A DNA stretch of 64,000 nt from Lama glama (Eukaryota), in contig CM052832.1 in NCBI GenBank assembly GCA_028534125.1, positions 22,322,001 to 22,386,000 on the forward strand, in the 5' to 3' direction. Within the stretch, counting starts at the first letter, position 1. The number at the start of each line of letters is the position of its first letter. Shown piece after piece: positions 26,441 to 38,162 of this stretch. The notes beneath the pieces were generated by a model. The model was given only the letters and a program-made list of their open reading frames with translations. It had not been told where the DNA came from and did no database searches. Both the position numbers and the translations under genes were made by a program.

Positions 26441-26730
26441 TGTGGAGGTAGCACTCACCTTCTAAGCGTCCGTTTTCCCTTTTCTTGGCAAGACAACTCT
26501 TCTTCTCTCCAGGCTCATTGAGAGAAATAATTCAAGGAGTTGTTTGCTGCTTATTTCAGCCACAAGAAGGGAGCCAGCTCCAGGGTGAATACAATGCAAC
26601 GGAAAACATAATTGAGAGCCAGAAAGAGACCATGTCCTTGATGACGTAATTGGGCCACCAAATCTGCCCATCTCTGAAGTCCGCCCAGATAGGGATTTAC
26701 TTGCAATGGAAAATGTCCTAACTTACCAAA
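26441..26730 (+). mobile_element. MaLR LTR relic (MLT1J/K-like)
   Basis: tgtggaggtagc...cagccacaagaagggagccagc...gagagccagaaagagaccatgtccttgatgac...ttacttgcaatggaaaatgtcctaact. Confidence 0.6.
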
Positions 26731-26984
26731 TACTTTTTTTTTAAGAGCAGCAGTGATGCTATTGGTATGACTCACCAGTGTTTTATAAACTATGAGGAAA
26801 GTGAAAAACCTGCCAGCTAAACTGACACAATGTTTTTGTTACTAAGAATTTTGGTTTTATACTTCTTGCAAAAGCTCTTTTATACATGTTTAGACTTTGG
26901 TGTTTGTCACTTATTACTTCTGTGCCTAGATACCCGAAAAGGAAAATATCAGTGAAATAAACTTGTCAAATATGCTGAAACGCC

Positions 26985-27398
26985 TTTACATTTTCCCTTT
27001 GGCCCCCAGATCTGTCTGTCTGCCTGCTTCTCTCTGCCTGGCTCTGTGCCCTGCGGGGCTGGCTCCAGTGTACTCGCGTCTCCCAAGCTTATTGCTGCCT
27101 GGATGCTGGTAGGTTCGGCCAATGAAAGGCACCACCTGGAGACTGGAGGACATGGGAACAGGGAGGTTGGGACACTCTTCCAGCTGTGGTGATGTCTCCG
27201 GTAGTAGCTGTGACCCCTTGGGACTCTATCTTCTCCTTGAGTTCCTATTCAGAGCTCCTTTCCTCATTTCCTCAGTCTTAGGGGGAGTAACGGCTTCCTG
27301 GTAGGACTGCGCTTTTGATTGTGGTCCTTTCATCAAAGTCTTTTAATTTGACTCACCGATGGGGAGTCCTGATTCCCGACAGCTCCCTGACTGGTACA
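26985..27398 (+). mobile_element. ERVL solo LTR (LTR33-like)
   Basis: cccccagatc...ctctgtgccctgcggggctgg...ggttcggccaatgaaaggcacc...ccctgactggtaca. Confidence 0.7.
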
Positions 27399-28109
27399 GA
27401 ATCCAGGCTATTCACAATGTTTATCTGCTGTGTTTTCTTTCTCCCCTTAGTTCAATTTCCCCGCACCATGATGAACACTGATGATGCAGCATTTCTTAAA
27501 GGAGTGGTCACTCTTTACTCCAGTACCACCAAGATTTAACTTTAAGAGGCAGCCACATTCCTCTTAACGACCTATAATATTGTTTGTTATGTGATAATAA
27601 ACCTCTTAACGCTCTCACACGCATCTGTGCCGTCTTATCCCATTTCTGTAGCTCTCCTATCCAGATTCTTGCCTGGCCAATGTTGTCTTTGAAATAGCTC
27701 TGCCTCCAGCCTTTCCATTCTCCTGCTCATTTGCACACCACCGTCACACCCATGCCCTCAAACTGTCCAGTAAACTGCAGGATGAAACCCATTTCTTGCC
27801 TGACAATTAAGACCTTGTGTAACCTCATCTCTTCCGAATCTCTTTATTTCTTTGAAAAAACATACAGATCTTTTTACTGAGCTCCTGGTATGTACTAGCC
27901 ACCGTTGTAAGAACTTGTTGGTACAAAAATAAGGTAGATTCTTTTTTTCTAAGTTTGGGAGACAGGTAAGTAAATAATTCTACTGCAGTATAAATATAAC
28001 ATATACAACCAGCATTTTGATAAATCACACTAGTCTGAGGGCAAACATCGAGTTACATTAACAGTCACAAACATCATTATTATTGTTCGCCTTGTTTGAG
28101 AAAGATGGC

Positions 28110-28350
28110 ATAAGCTCCTGAGCTACCTTGCCTGGCCTCAGATGCCTGTTCTCTCAGTCGCTTCCTGTGGGACGTTGGGCTTGCTCCCTAAGCTCTCTGT
28201 GCCTCAGTGTCATCACTTGTAACATGAGGAGGGGGGGACAGTAATGGCTATCTCATTGAGTTGTAAGCATTATATAAGTTTAACAACATTTGCTAAGTGC
28301 TTAGTACAGTACCTGGGATGTAGTAATTGCTCAATTAATGTTAGCTAAGG
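28110..28350 (+). mobile_element. MIR SINE
   Basis: ctctctgtgcctcagtgtcatcacttgtaacatgagg...aagtgcttagtacagtacctggg...tgctcaattaatgttagct. Confidence 0.8.
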
Positions 28351-29339
28351 TAGGAGCATTTACTGACTCTTCCCCACAGCAGGGGTCTTCTCTCAAAAGA
28401 AATCACCCCCCTTCATCTAGCACACACACCTATTTCTCACGTGTCTTTAGGGGTGGATTGCTTTTGCTGTTCCTCTTGGGCTCTGGCTTTCCTCAGGCCA
28501 CCTTAAAAGAAGTCTTATTATAAAAATGCATGAGGTCTGGCACCGGCCCTGGGCTGCTACTTGATGGCCTTGGGGGCCAGCAGCTTTCCTTTTCACTCTC
28601 TCATGGGCCCCGAGATCTCTACTTTATGGCATTTCTTTCTCTACATGCCCCATCTATTCCTTTTTCTTCACTGGCCACCTGCCCTATATCTTCTGGAAAA
28701 ATCCCAACTGACTGACCCAGAGATTAACCTCACCAGGCAGACAAACTGTTATGTGCCAGGTCTCATTATATAGATCAACAGCCAGCCCATGAGTGGGTCC
28801 CTTGGGCAGAGATGCTCAATCTGGTCCAATCAGGGACTCCCCTTGTGCGAGCACCTTGTTCAGCCCTGCTTCTTCAACTTAGGGATGTGGCCTGGATGGT
28901 GTAAGCTGGGATGTTACGTGGGACATGGCAAGTGTCATGAGTCAGGGTACCCTTATTAGCAAGGCACAGGCTTCTCTCCCAGGAGTGCCAACATCTCACA
29001 CTACGGGGCAGAGCCCAAACCCCAGGTCTCCTGCCCCTCTAGGATGCTTGGAGTGGAAGGCGCCCTCTTAGAACAAGGGTTCCCACTGTCCCTCTGGAGT
29101 CCCTCTGCCCCAGTGTCCCCCACCTATACCCTCTTCCCAATAATACTGCTGAACTCTGGAAGACCGCCCACCATTCTGTCCTCGCCTGATCCATTCTGGA
29201 CTGAAAACTTGCTGCTATTTCCCTCTCTGGCCATCAAAGATGTCCCTCTGCTTCTTGTGGCCTGTGCTTTGGAGGGTTTTCCCACAAAGCCGTTATGCGT
29301 TCAGTACATGATTTTTCCTTTGTACTAATATTTCTTATG

Positions 29340-29862
29340 CAAGCAGACCTCATATTAATGCGCTTCACAGATAGAGTTCTCTTACAAACTGAAGGTTTGT
29401 GGCAGCCCTGTGCCAAGCAAGTCTATTGGTGCCATTTCTTCCAACAGCATTTGCTCTCGTCATGTCTCTGTGTCATGTGTCGGTAATTCTCACAATATTT
29501 CAAACTTTTTCATTACCATTATATTTGTTATGATGATCTGTGATCATTGATCTTTGATGTTACTACTATAACTTGTGGAAGGATTAAATAGTGGTTAGCA
29601 TTGTTAAAGACTATACTTTCAGGGATCATTTCTATATAGTTCAATAATGGTTAGCGTTTTTAGCAGAAAAGTATTTTTTTAATTAAGATACATTTATTGT
29701 TTTTTAAGACATAATGTTATTGCACACTTAGTAGACTAAAGAATAGTGAAAACTTAACTTTTATGTTTATATGCAGCGGGAATATGTGACTCCTTTTACT
29801 GCAATATTCACTTTACTGTGGTGGTCTGGAACTGAACCTGCATTATCTCGGAGGTATGCATG
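29340..29862 (+). mobile_element. Tigger1 internal-deletion derivative (Tigger1a_Art-like), Tc1/mariner superfamily
   Basis: Both Tigger1 ends are present: caagcagacctc...tgaaggtttgtggcagccctg and gtggtctggaactgaacctgcattatctcggaggtatgcatg followed by TA. Confidence 0.9.
29607..29642 (+). pseudogene. SNORD3: U3 snoRNA 5' fragment (3'-truncated, tailless retrocopy) flanked by a 20-bp TSD
   Basis: aagactatactttcagggatcatttctatatagttc matches the 5' terminus of vertebrate U3 apart from one extra TA. It is flanked by aatagtggttagcattgtta (29587-29606) and aataatggttagcgttttta (29643-29662). Confidence 0.88.
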
Positions 29863-29973
29863 TACTTGAAAATTATCCCAATCATTTGGGTCACCCATGA
29901 AAAATATACATCCTACTCCTACCCATAATTTCCTAGTAAAGCTCTCCGCGGGAGACACTTGGGAATCAGTTCT

Positions 29974-30408
29974 CCTTTTTTTTTTTTTAATGGAAGTATA
30001 CTCAGTTACAACGTGTCAATTTCTGGTGTACAGCACAATGTCCCAGTCTTGCATATATACACCTATATATGTTTTCATATTCTTTTTGATTAAAGGCTAC
30101 TACAAGATATTGAACATAGTTCCCTGTGCTGTACAGAAGAAATCTGGGTTTTATCTATTTTTATATATAGTGGTTACCATTTGCAAATCTCAAACTCCCA
30201 AATTTATCCCTTCCCACCCCCTATCTCCAGTAACCATAAGATTGTTTACTATGTCTGCAAGTCTGTTTCTGTTTTGCAGATGAGTTCATTAGTGTCCTCT
30301 TTTTTTCTTTTTTTTTTTTTGGATTCCACATACGAGTGATAGCATTGATTCATTGTATTTTTCTTTCTCTTTCTGGCTTACTTCACTTAGAATGATGATC
30401 TCCAGGTC
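29974..30408 (-). mobile_element. Younger L1 3' end, 5'-truncated, with poly(A) tail and TSD
   Basis: Poly(T) then L1 3' UTR (tacaagatattgaacatagttccctgtgctgtacag; ttctggcttacttcacttagaatga). TSD cacttgggaatcagttct (29956-29973) and cacttagggatcagttct (30409-30426), 16/18 identical. Confidence 0.9.
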
Positions 30409-31484
30409 CACTTAGGGATCAGTTCTTGTAACACATGGCCCCAAAAGTCTTATACCATAAGAGTATTTACTGCTTAATTCTCTCTTTCCAAAACCCACCG
30501 GCTTTCCAGGTGCATTTGGAGTTGGAGTAAGAAGGGCTGGGTTAGGGGGTAGGTTTGGAGCCACTGCTGCCCTACTGGCAGGGCTACTCAGAGTATTGTC
30601 CAGGCACCATTCCTGGTCTGCACACTGTTAGCATACTGTCTGGATGAGAGAAGCACAGATGTTGAAGTAAGTGTTTAGAACCCAACAAAGGACGAACTGG
30701 TAGACACTGTCCCCACTTCCAGTGACCTTACAGTCAATAAGCAAACAAAAATTGTAACAGGAGGTACAGAAAGGCTGGAGTGGGTGGAGGGTCCAGATCA
30801 TGCCATGTCTTGCCAGCCCTATGTGAGCAGTTTGCAAGGGCAACACCTGGAAGGGTGGGACAGAGAGCAGGGACAGGTGCAGAACACTCATTCTCAAACC
30901 CTGCTGATCAGATCTATAGTTCAGAGAACTAGTGAACTGGCATTTAAAAGCAAAACAGAAGAAAAGAGGAACTTTGATAAGGTTTAAGAATTAAGTTTAG
31001 TCCCTTTAGAAATCCATATCAAAGAGAGATTCAAACAACAAACTTGAATTGTGGCTGCATACACATAATAGAAAACAGGGTATATAATGATATAACACAA
31101 AGTGTATGGCACCAGTGAAAAGAGTTAAAAACTTAAGCCACATTTATTGCGTTTGAGTGATTGCGTTAATCATGCAGTCATACTGTTGATGAGCATAATG
31201 AAACATATTTTGGTTTTCTTCTTTAAACTTGCAAACTCAACAAAGTGGGATTTTCAGTTTGTTGATTTGTTTATTTTTGATCAACCAGATTGTCTCTTAA
31301 CTCGGTAAAAATAGTTTTTTGCACTGAATTGTTTTAAAATTTTTATGCCAACTTTTCTATATTCTGGATCTATTGGTTTGCAGGTGGGCAAACTGCAAAT
31401 GAAAACAGTTTGGGATTTTAGCTTTTGCCCTCTCTCTCCCAAGCCTCACACTTTGGATGCAATAAGACCTCTCCTTTTGAGCTC

Positions 31485-31940
31485 TGAGTGAGCTTCCTAA
31501 GGCTGACGTAACAAGTTACCACAAGCCTAGAGGCTGAGGACAACACAAGCTTATTATCTTGTGTCCTGGAGCTTAGAAGTCCAAAGTGGGTTGGAAGGGC
31601 TGCTTTGCTTCTGAAGGTTCTGGGGGAGAATCCAATCCTGTGCCTTTTCCAGCTTCTAGAAACATTTCTAGAAGCCTGGATTTCTTGGCTCCCATCTTCA
31701 AAGAACATCACCCCAGCCTTGGCTTCTGTCCTCACATCTCCTTTTTCTGCCTTTGACCCTCTTGCGTCCCTCTTGTAAAGATCTTCACGATTACAATGGG
31801 CCCACCCAGATCATCCACAATAACCTTCCCTTCTCAAAGTCCTTAGTTTAGCCGCCTGCAAGGTCCCTTTTGCCACATAAGGTGCTATATATACAGGCTC
31901 TGGGGATTAGGGCATCTTTGGTGGAGAACAGCCTACCACA
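31485..31940 (-). mobile_element. MaLR solo LTR (MLT1C/D-like)
   Basis: TG...CA ends; gtaacaagttaccacaa...ggagaatcc...gccttttccagcttctaga...gcctaccaca; 5-bp flanks agctc and ggctc. Confidence 0.88.
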
Positions 31941-34900
31941 GGCTCAGAATAAACTAGGAATTCGTTATTCTTGTTATTTAAAGCTTGGAAATAAAGCAAA
32001 AATATAGGAGGAATGTTCTTTTAACGTCAAACTGAGGCTTTAAAAAAACAGGTTCACCCCAATATTATTTAATTATCTAAGGAATATATCTGTGTTCGAG
32101 TGCCTGTGTTCGACTTTGCTATTACTATTAACTAAAGGTTCAGAGACTGGACAGTACATGTAAAGCTTTTCAGGGAGAGATGCAAATAACTGTTGCCCAG
32201 TAGAAAAGATAATCCCAAAGGTTATGGTTTTATAACCCAATAGGCCATTAACCAGTTTTTTCTCTATTTCAGTAAACATATTTAAAATTTATTTCCTAGT
32301 AATGTATCTTTGTTTCTCTTATTTTCATTTTAATCAGTTTCAGCATTTTAATGCCTAAATGCCATCAGCTGGATACATTTTTAACACAGATCCATGTCAT
32401 ATTTGTATGAGAGTCATACAAACTTTTGACAATTATACTTTGACAATGAATTTGTCTGGTAAACTATACTAAGAGGCCCAGTAGAAAACTATATATTGGC
32501 ACAGAAGATGCTCAATAACCCTCTCCACTCTAAGAGTCTATGACAGTCTTTACCTCTGACCTGTACTCCCAAACCAATATCACACTCTCAGGGAAACCAA
32601 ATGTAGATCGTATTTTCAGTTTACATGTTGAAGTTTCAGGTTTTCTTCGGCCTTAAACACAGTTAATTTTCTATATGGCACCAATTCCTGACTGATCAAG
32701 GGTGCTGTTGGCAACTGTGATAAACAGGTGATCCTGCACGCTATCACATCTACATAAAAATAACTTACTTAGTGGAACTTCACAATCAGCACAACTAAAA
32801 GGTGGGTAAGAAAGAGAATCTGGCAGGCTGGGAACTCGGGAGTTGGCATGTCTGGCCTGAGTCTGAGGAGCAAAGGGAAGCTGATGTGACCATTAACAGG
32901 TAATGAAACCAGCTTGCAATGTGGAGGTCCGAGACAGAATAAAGTCATAAACTCTTGGAGGGGGGGACATTAAATACTCTTGGTTTAAAGATAATGAGTT
33001 GAATTCACAACTGATGACCCTCCTTTGAAAAGTAATTGGAGATGAAATGTTAATTGTCATGTAAAAACATCTTTAAAAATGTGTGACTATATTCTGTGTT
33101 CCCACAGTTTAAAGTGTGGCATTTAAATAATAAGAGTGTGTAAGTAACCGCAGAGAGACAGAAAAGGGTATTGTGTCAGAATTCTGCGGACAAACACACA
33201 TCAGCCACTCAGTCAGAATGAACACACTCCTAAAGCCACAGAATGGAGCAACACGTTATTAAGAAGGCACAGAGTCAACGCGGGTCCATGTTACTGCCGT
33301 CTGATACTATTTACCAGAGAATATTCTTAATTAAAAGAACCCACTCACTCTAGTAAACACTAGAAGGCTATAAGGATTGCACCCTCTCTGTATGATATTT
33401 TTCTTTTTGTTTAAATTGGTAAGAAACTTAAAGAAAGGGGAGTAATGCCTCAGCGATGAGGCAGGGTGAATGATGGAAGAAGATATTAAGGAAATTGGAT
33501 GTAAATAGTGCTGGGTTGCATCCCTTGCTTGCAGACTGAACTTTGACTTTCTCACCTCCATTTTCATCCAGTTCCTTTGGCCACTTTCAAATTCACATTT
33601 TAACATTTGATTTATATGCATAGATTTATTTTTCTACATTGCAATCCAAACTCTATTTTTTATTCCTTACTAAAAGAACAATGTTTTTCTAGCAATGCCT
33701 ATATTAAGTAAGCAGCTGTCACTGTGTATCGCTGCGCAAGGAGACAGAGTCATACACCCTGGGTAGAGGTGAGGAGCTGTAAGAGAGTCCTAACCAAACA
33801 GACAATCTCATGCAGCTTTGGTAGGAAGAACCATTATTGCCTCCCTGTTACCTTAAGGCAAGAGTCTAAGAAAGGGAATGCTAGCTTGAGAAGTGGGCAG
33901 AATGTTCAAGGGATTACAATGGTGGCTTTTTTTTTTAAATGCCAGAGAAAGCAAAATCTAGTAAAAGCATTCAAGATACTCCCTTGAGATGATGGTATTA
34001 AAAAATGATTTCTGAGAGCTAGGGAGAATTTAAATTAGGCGGCTACAGATACCTATAGGTAGTATCAAACAACTTCCATTTGGCTGCCTAGTTAGAGGAT
34101 GACGGCCCCCAGATGTGATCAAAGCCCCCCTTAGTTCTCCGGGGCTCCCCCATGAAGTGAACCCATCGTGGCTCATTTAGATGCCGCGCGGCATTTGGCA
34201 GGGCACAGAAGTTGCTTTTCCTCCCAGTGCTTAACCTCTTTTCCCCTAGATACAAATGTCAATATTGGATTTAGTCTGGTTGAATGAATGTGTCAGAGGG
34301 GAGATTAGTGACTGGCAGCCACAAAAGGGTTTTTCAATTGGCAAAAGTAAATTTCTCACAAATGAATCAAAACAGTTTGAGGTGGAATAGAAGCGAGGGG
34401 GAAGAAGTCTTGCCAAGTTGAGTCATGATGCCTCATTAAATGGATTTGAAAACTTCAGCATGGGCATTTTCTCTAGAAGCTCCTGGATTCACCCAGCCTG
34501 CAGGAAGCTAGGGGTGAGGGAAAGAGGGCACACACCTTAATATCTTCAACAGGGCATTTCTGTGAAAAGTCTCAGTATATTTATAGCGTGAAGCCATCCA
34601 CATGAACCACTGGCTTCGATAATCAGAGTACCTGGTTAATTACAACAATTCTTAGACCGTTGAATGTGATAAATTAAAATGGTGGAAGTTTTCATTTTTA
34701 TTGGTGGTTACATTCATGACTTTTGAAATTGGTCGGGATGCTTGCTTTGTTGTTTGTTGCCTTGAATTTTTTTTTTTAATGATCTTAAATCTCTGCTTTG
34801 ACTGGTTGAGAATAAATGCAGGTGGTTCTGTGGGAAGCACCACAGAGTCGCCTTTCTTGCACACATCTCACTTCTGACATAATTGCCAAAGTCATTGTGT

Positions 34901-35459
34901 CTGTGCTCACATTAATGTTCCTAGTCATTTTCAATATTTATGGGCATGTTGATTTCAGGGAACCTGTGTTCTTGGGGGAGAGGAAAGAGAAGAAACAGCC
35001 TGTGGGGTATAGTTATTGATTTACTAATCAAAAGCAGTTTTGAATTGTCGTCTTCAGGTTTAGTAAACCACGTTAACAGTTATAAACTTAGACGTCTCAA
35101 GAAGAGAACTTGAAGGTTTTTGGAGAAGGGCAGGAAGTATTGATTTACCTCCCAGTCAACTCTGTAGATTCACTGAGAAGCAGAATGTTTACAAGGGAGG
35201 CCTCCAGATCCTCAGAAAACATCATTGTCATTCCACTAGCCACTTTAGTTAAATCTTCTAAATTGAAAGCTTTTTTTCCAAATGACTGAAGAAAGCAATC
35301 AGTCAACTTGCTAGGGTCTAGTGTCAGAGCCTATGGCTGGCCTTTGCTGCCTCCTTGAATTTTTCTATATCAAAAAATAAACATCCAAGAAGTCTCTACT
35401 TTGTAAGATGCATTAAAATGCTTTCATTTTTCTAATAATAAAGAGTATTTAGGCTACAT

Positions 35460-35630
35460 GAGTTAGAGTTAGGTTTGGTCGCGTGTGCCCACACCAATGT
35501 CTTAACCACACGAGGTTCATTCTCTCACCTGGAATAGATTCGGAGGTTTGGCCGTGGAAGACTGGAATGGCGGCTCCATATTTAACTGGGACTCTTGCTA
35601 CTTGTCTCTTGGTTTTCTGTCATCCTTAGC
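35460..35630 (-). mobile_element. Old MaLR LTR fragment (MLT1K/L-like)
   Basis: agttaggtttgg...cttaaccac...ttcattctctcac...ggcggctcca...catccttagc. Confidence 0.5.
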
Positions 35631-35944
35631 GCAGCGCCTTAACGAGATACATGGTCCTTGCAATTCTAAATGCTCCAAGAGGCTCTTCTGTAAGAGACAG
35701 GTACACAGACATTTAACTATATTGAATAAATAAAGACTTTCAAGGGCACAGAAATAAGAGGGTTTTCTATTTCTTTCTAAGAGAATTTAGGAAGAATGGT
35801 AATTAACACGAAGCAAGAAAAAGGCGTTTGTGTTCAGAGGGAGCAAGAAATGACACAATCACTTTTTTGCATTCCTTTTTCTCTTATTTACTTCTCATAG
35901 TTAACTAGTGAGTATGACCTGACAATTCTTTCTTCAAAGTGTTG

Positions 35945-36290
35945 TTTCAATCTTTTCCTTTCCTTCTTCCACATTCCCATCACTACTGCCCTGGCCCCGA
36001 CTTTTCCTGAAGTACTGCAGATTTTGAAATTGTGCTGTCCTCCAATTCTTCTTCAGTATCATTCTTACACTGTCATTTCCCCTTAACAACATCCAGGAGC
36101 TCTCATTGACTGTAAGACAGGTTTGGAACTCCTTAGCTTGGCATTTAAGGCCCTTCACAATCTTTCCAGTGTTTTTCCACAAAATTTCTCACTGTTCCCA
36201 GCTAAACTATCCTCTCCGTATTACTTGGGATCCCTACTTCTGCATCTTTACACACATTCTTCCCCCTCCCCAAAATGCCTTATACATTCA
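35945..36290 (+). mobile_element. L2 LINE fragment
   Basis: tcccatcactactgccctgg...aactccttagcttggcatttaaggcccttcacaatct. Confidence 0.7.
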
Positions 36291-36341
36291 TGTTAAGAAT
36301 CTATCCATTCCTCTACCTCACATCCATTAGGATGGCTACTG

Positions 36342-36356
36342 TCTCTCTCTCTCTCT

Positions 36357-36392
<36 letters not shown>
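36342..36392. repeat. Compound (TC)n(CA)n microsatellite
   Basis: Seen directly. Confidence 0.95.
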
Positions 36393-36397
<5 letters not shown>

Positions 36398-36715
36398 TAA
36401 CAAGACTCTGTGAGGATATAGAAGAACTGGAATTCTTGTACACTGCTGGTGGGAGTGTAAAATGGTGCAGCTGCTATGAAAAATAGTATGGCAGTTCCTT
36501 AAAGATTAAAAATAAAATTATCATATAATCCACAAATTCTACTTCTGCATATATACCCTAAAGGATTGAAAGCAGATACTTGCCAAGATATTTGTACACC
36601 CATATTCATAGAAGCACTACTTACAATAGCCAATAGGTGGAAGCAATCCAAGTATCCTTTTAGGCTAAATGGATAAACAAAACATGGGATCTATACACAT
36701 CAGAATATTGTTCAA

Positions 36716-36802
36716 TTTTTTTTAAATGGAGGTACTGAGGATCAAGCCCGGGACCTCATGCATGCTAAGCATGCCCTCTACCACTGAGCTGTATCCCTCC
36801 TC
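36716..36802 (-). mobile_element. tRNA-Ala-derived SINE (camelid vic-1-like)
   Basis: Reverse complement gaggagggatacagctcagtggtagagggcatgcttagcatgcatgaggtcccgggcttgatcctcagtacctccatttaaaaaaaa has an A box, an AGC anticodon arm, a degenerate B box and an A tail. Confidence 0.85.
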
Positions 36803-37857
36803 TGCAACTTTAAAGAGGGACATTCTGATGCATGTGACAACATCCATGAACCTTGAGGACATTATGCTAAGTGAAATGAACCAGTCACAAAAGGACAAAT
36901 TCTGTATGTTTCCACTTATATGAGGTGCCCAGAGCAGTCTAATTCATGGAGACAGAAAATAGAGTGGTGCTTGCCAGGGACTGGGGGAAGGGGGGCAGGG
37001 GTAGTTATTGTTCAATAGGGAGGGGGTTTCAGGTTTGCAGGATGAAGAGTTCTGGAGATGGATGGTGGTGATGGTAGCACAACAATGTGAATGTACTCAA
37101 TACCATTAAACTGTGCACTTAAAAATGGTTATGATGATAAATTTCATGTTATGTGTATTTTAACACAATTTAGGGGGAAAAAAGTCTACTCATTCATTGA
37201 GAAGCAGCTCACATTCTACTTGTGCTTTGCTTTCCCCGACCCATTCCAAGCTGAAATGACTCTTCCCCTCCCCCCTTCCAGATCTATGTTGGGGGACCAC
37301 TTTTTCTTGTTTAAAAATGGGAACACATCTGTTTTTTCCTCACCCTCTGAGTCACTCTTCTTCTGATTGGTGAGTTTGGGAGAAGGAACTGAGTGTGTTG
37401 AAGCCACACTGATGAGCTTTTCTTCTCTCATCGCCCTGTTCTGGGAGGATGTTCTCCGTGGGTAAGCTCAGCAGGGTGGGCTTTGCCCCGCAGGTGCAGT
37501 CCACAGTTGTCCACTTGTGTCAGTGATTAAGGGGTAAGTCAGTCTAACTCTTGGCGCTACTAGGGGCATGTCTAGCCACAGAGCTATTGCCACATGATTT
37601 ATTATTATGAAAGTTGGTATTTTCATCTTTTTGTCTGTCTCCTGTATCTTATTTTTCAAGTGCATCCAAACTCTGTAGGGAAAGAAAGGGGTGCTTTGTA
37701 TTGACTACAACCTTAATATACATCACATTTACTACAGTGGTCAATTTTCTTCAGCTTATGGCCATAGTAACTGCCCTTTGGTCATAGGCACTGCGGCCTT
37801 GCCCCTGGTGGTTGTGCCTCAATGGATTACAAAAGGGTCAGGATCCATGTTGTAAAA

Positions 37858-38162
37858 GAAGTGGAAACTGGCAGCCACAAGCCAAATATGACCTGCAGTT
37901 ATGAATTTTGGGTTAGCTTTTTTTTTTAAATTAGTTACCAACATTTAAAAATTGAAGGACTTCAAAGAACAGCTGGACTGCAGGCTTCTCTTAAAGAAGT
38001 AGGTTAGCCTTGGGCCTCTGTTTGTAAGAAGGCTCCTGGAGCTGATCAGTTGCAGCCCCTTGAGATAGGACATTCTTCCCAATTTCCCACTGACCTAACC
38101 TCTCCTTAGTGCTTTATATTACCTACTTGGCCCTGAAGGCACTTACATGGGCAAATTTTGTT
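37858..38162. mobile_element. MER102-like hAT-Charlie element
   Basis: ttagttaccaacatttaaaaatt...ggcttctctt...ctggagctga...ttacctacttggccctgaaggca. Confidence 0.7.

Larger units (their letters stand above)
36320..37183 (+). mobile_element. L1 (L1MB-like) ORF2 C-terminus and 3' UTR, interrupted by a microsatellite and a SINE
   Basis: cactgctggtgggagtgtaaaatggtgcagc; gaaccttgaggacattatgctaagtgaaatgaaccagtcacaaaaggacaaa; gagttctggagatggatggtggtgatgg. Confidence 0.9.

Noticed and set aside
29607..29642. Functional U3 snoRNA gene
   Set aside because: Only the first roughly 34 nt are present, with no 3' C/D-box domain or snRNA-type promoter, and it is flanked by a TSD.
36716..36802. Functional tRNA-Ala gene
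   Set aside because: The acceptor stem and B box are degenerate, it has an A tail, and it lies inside an L1, so it is a SINE.
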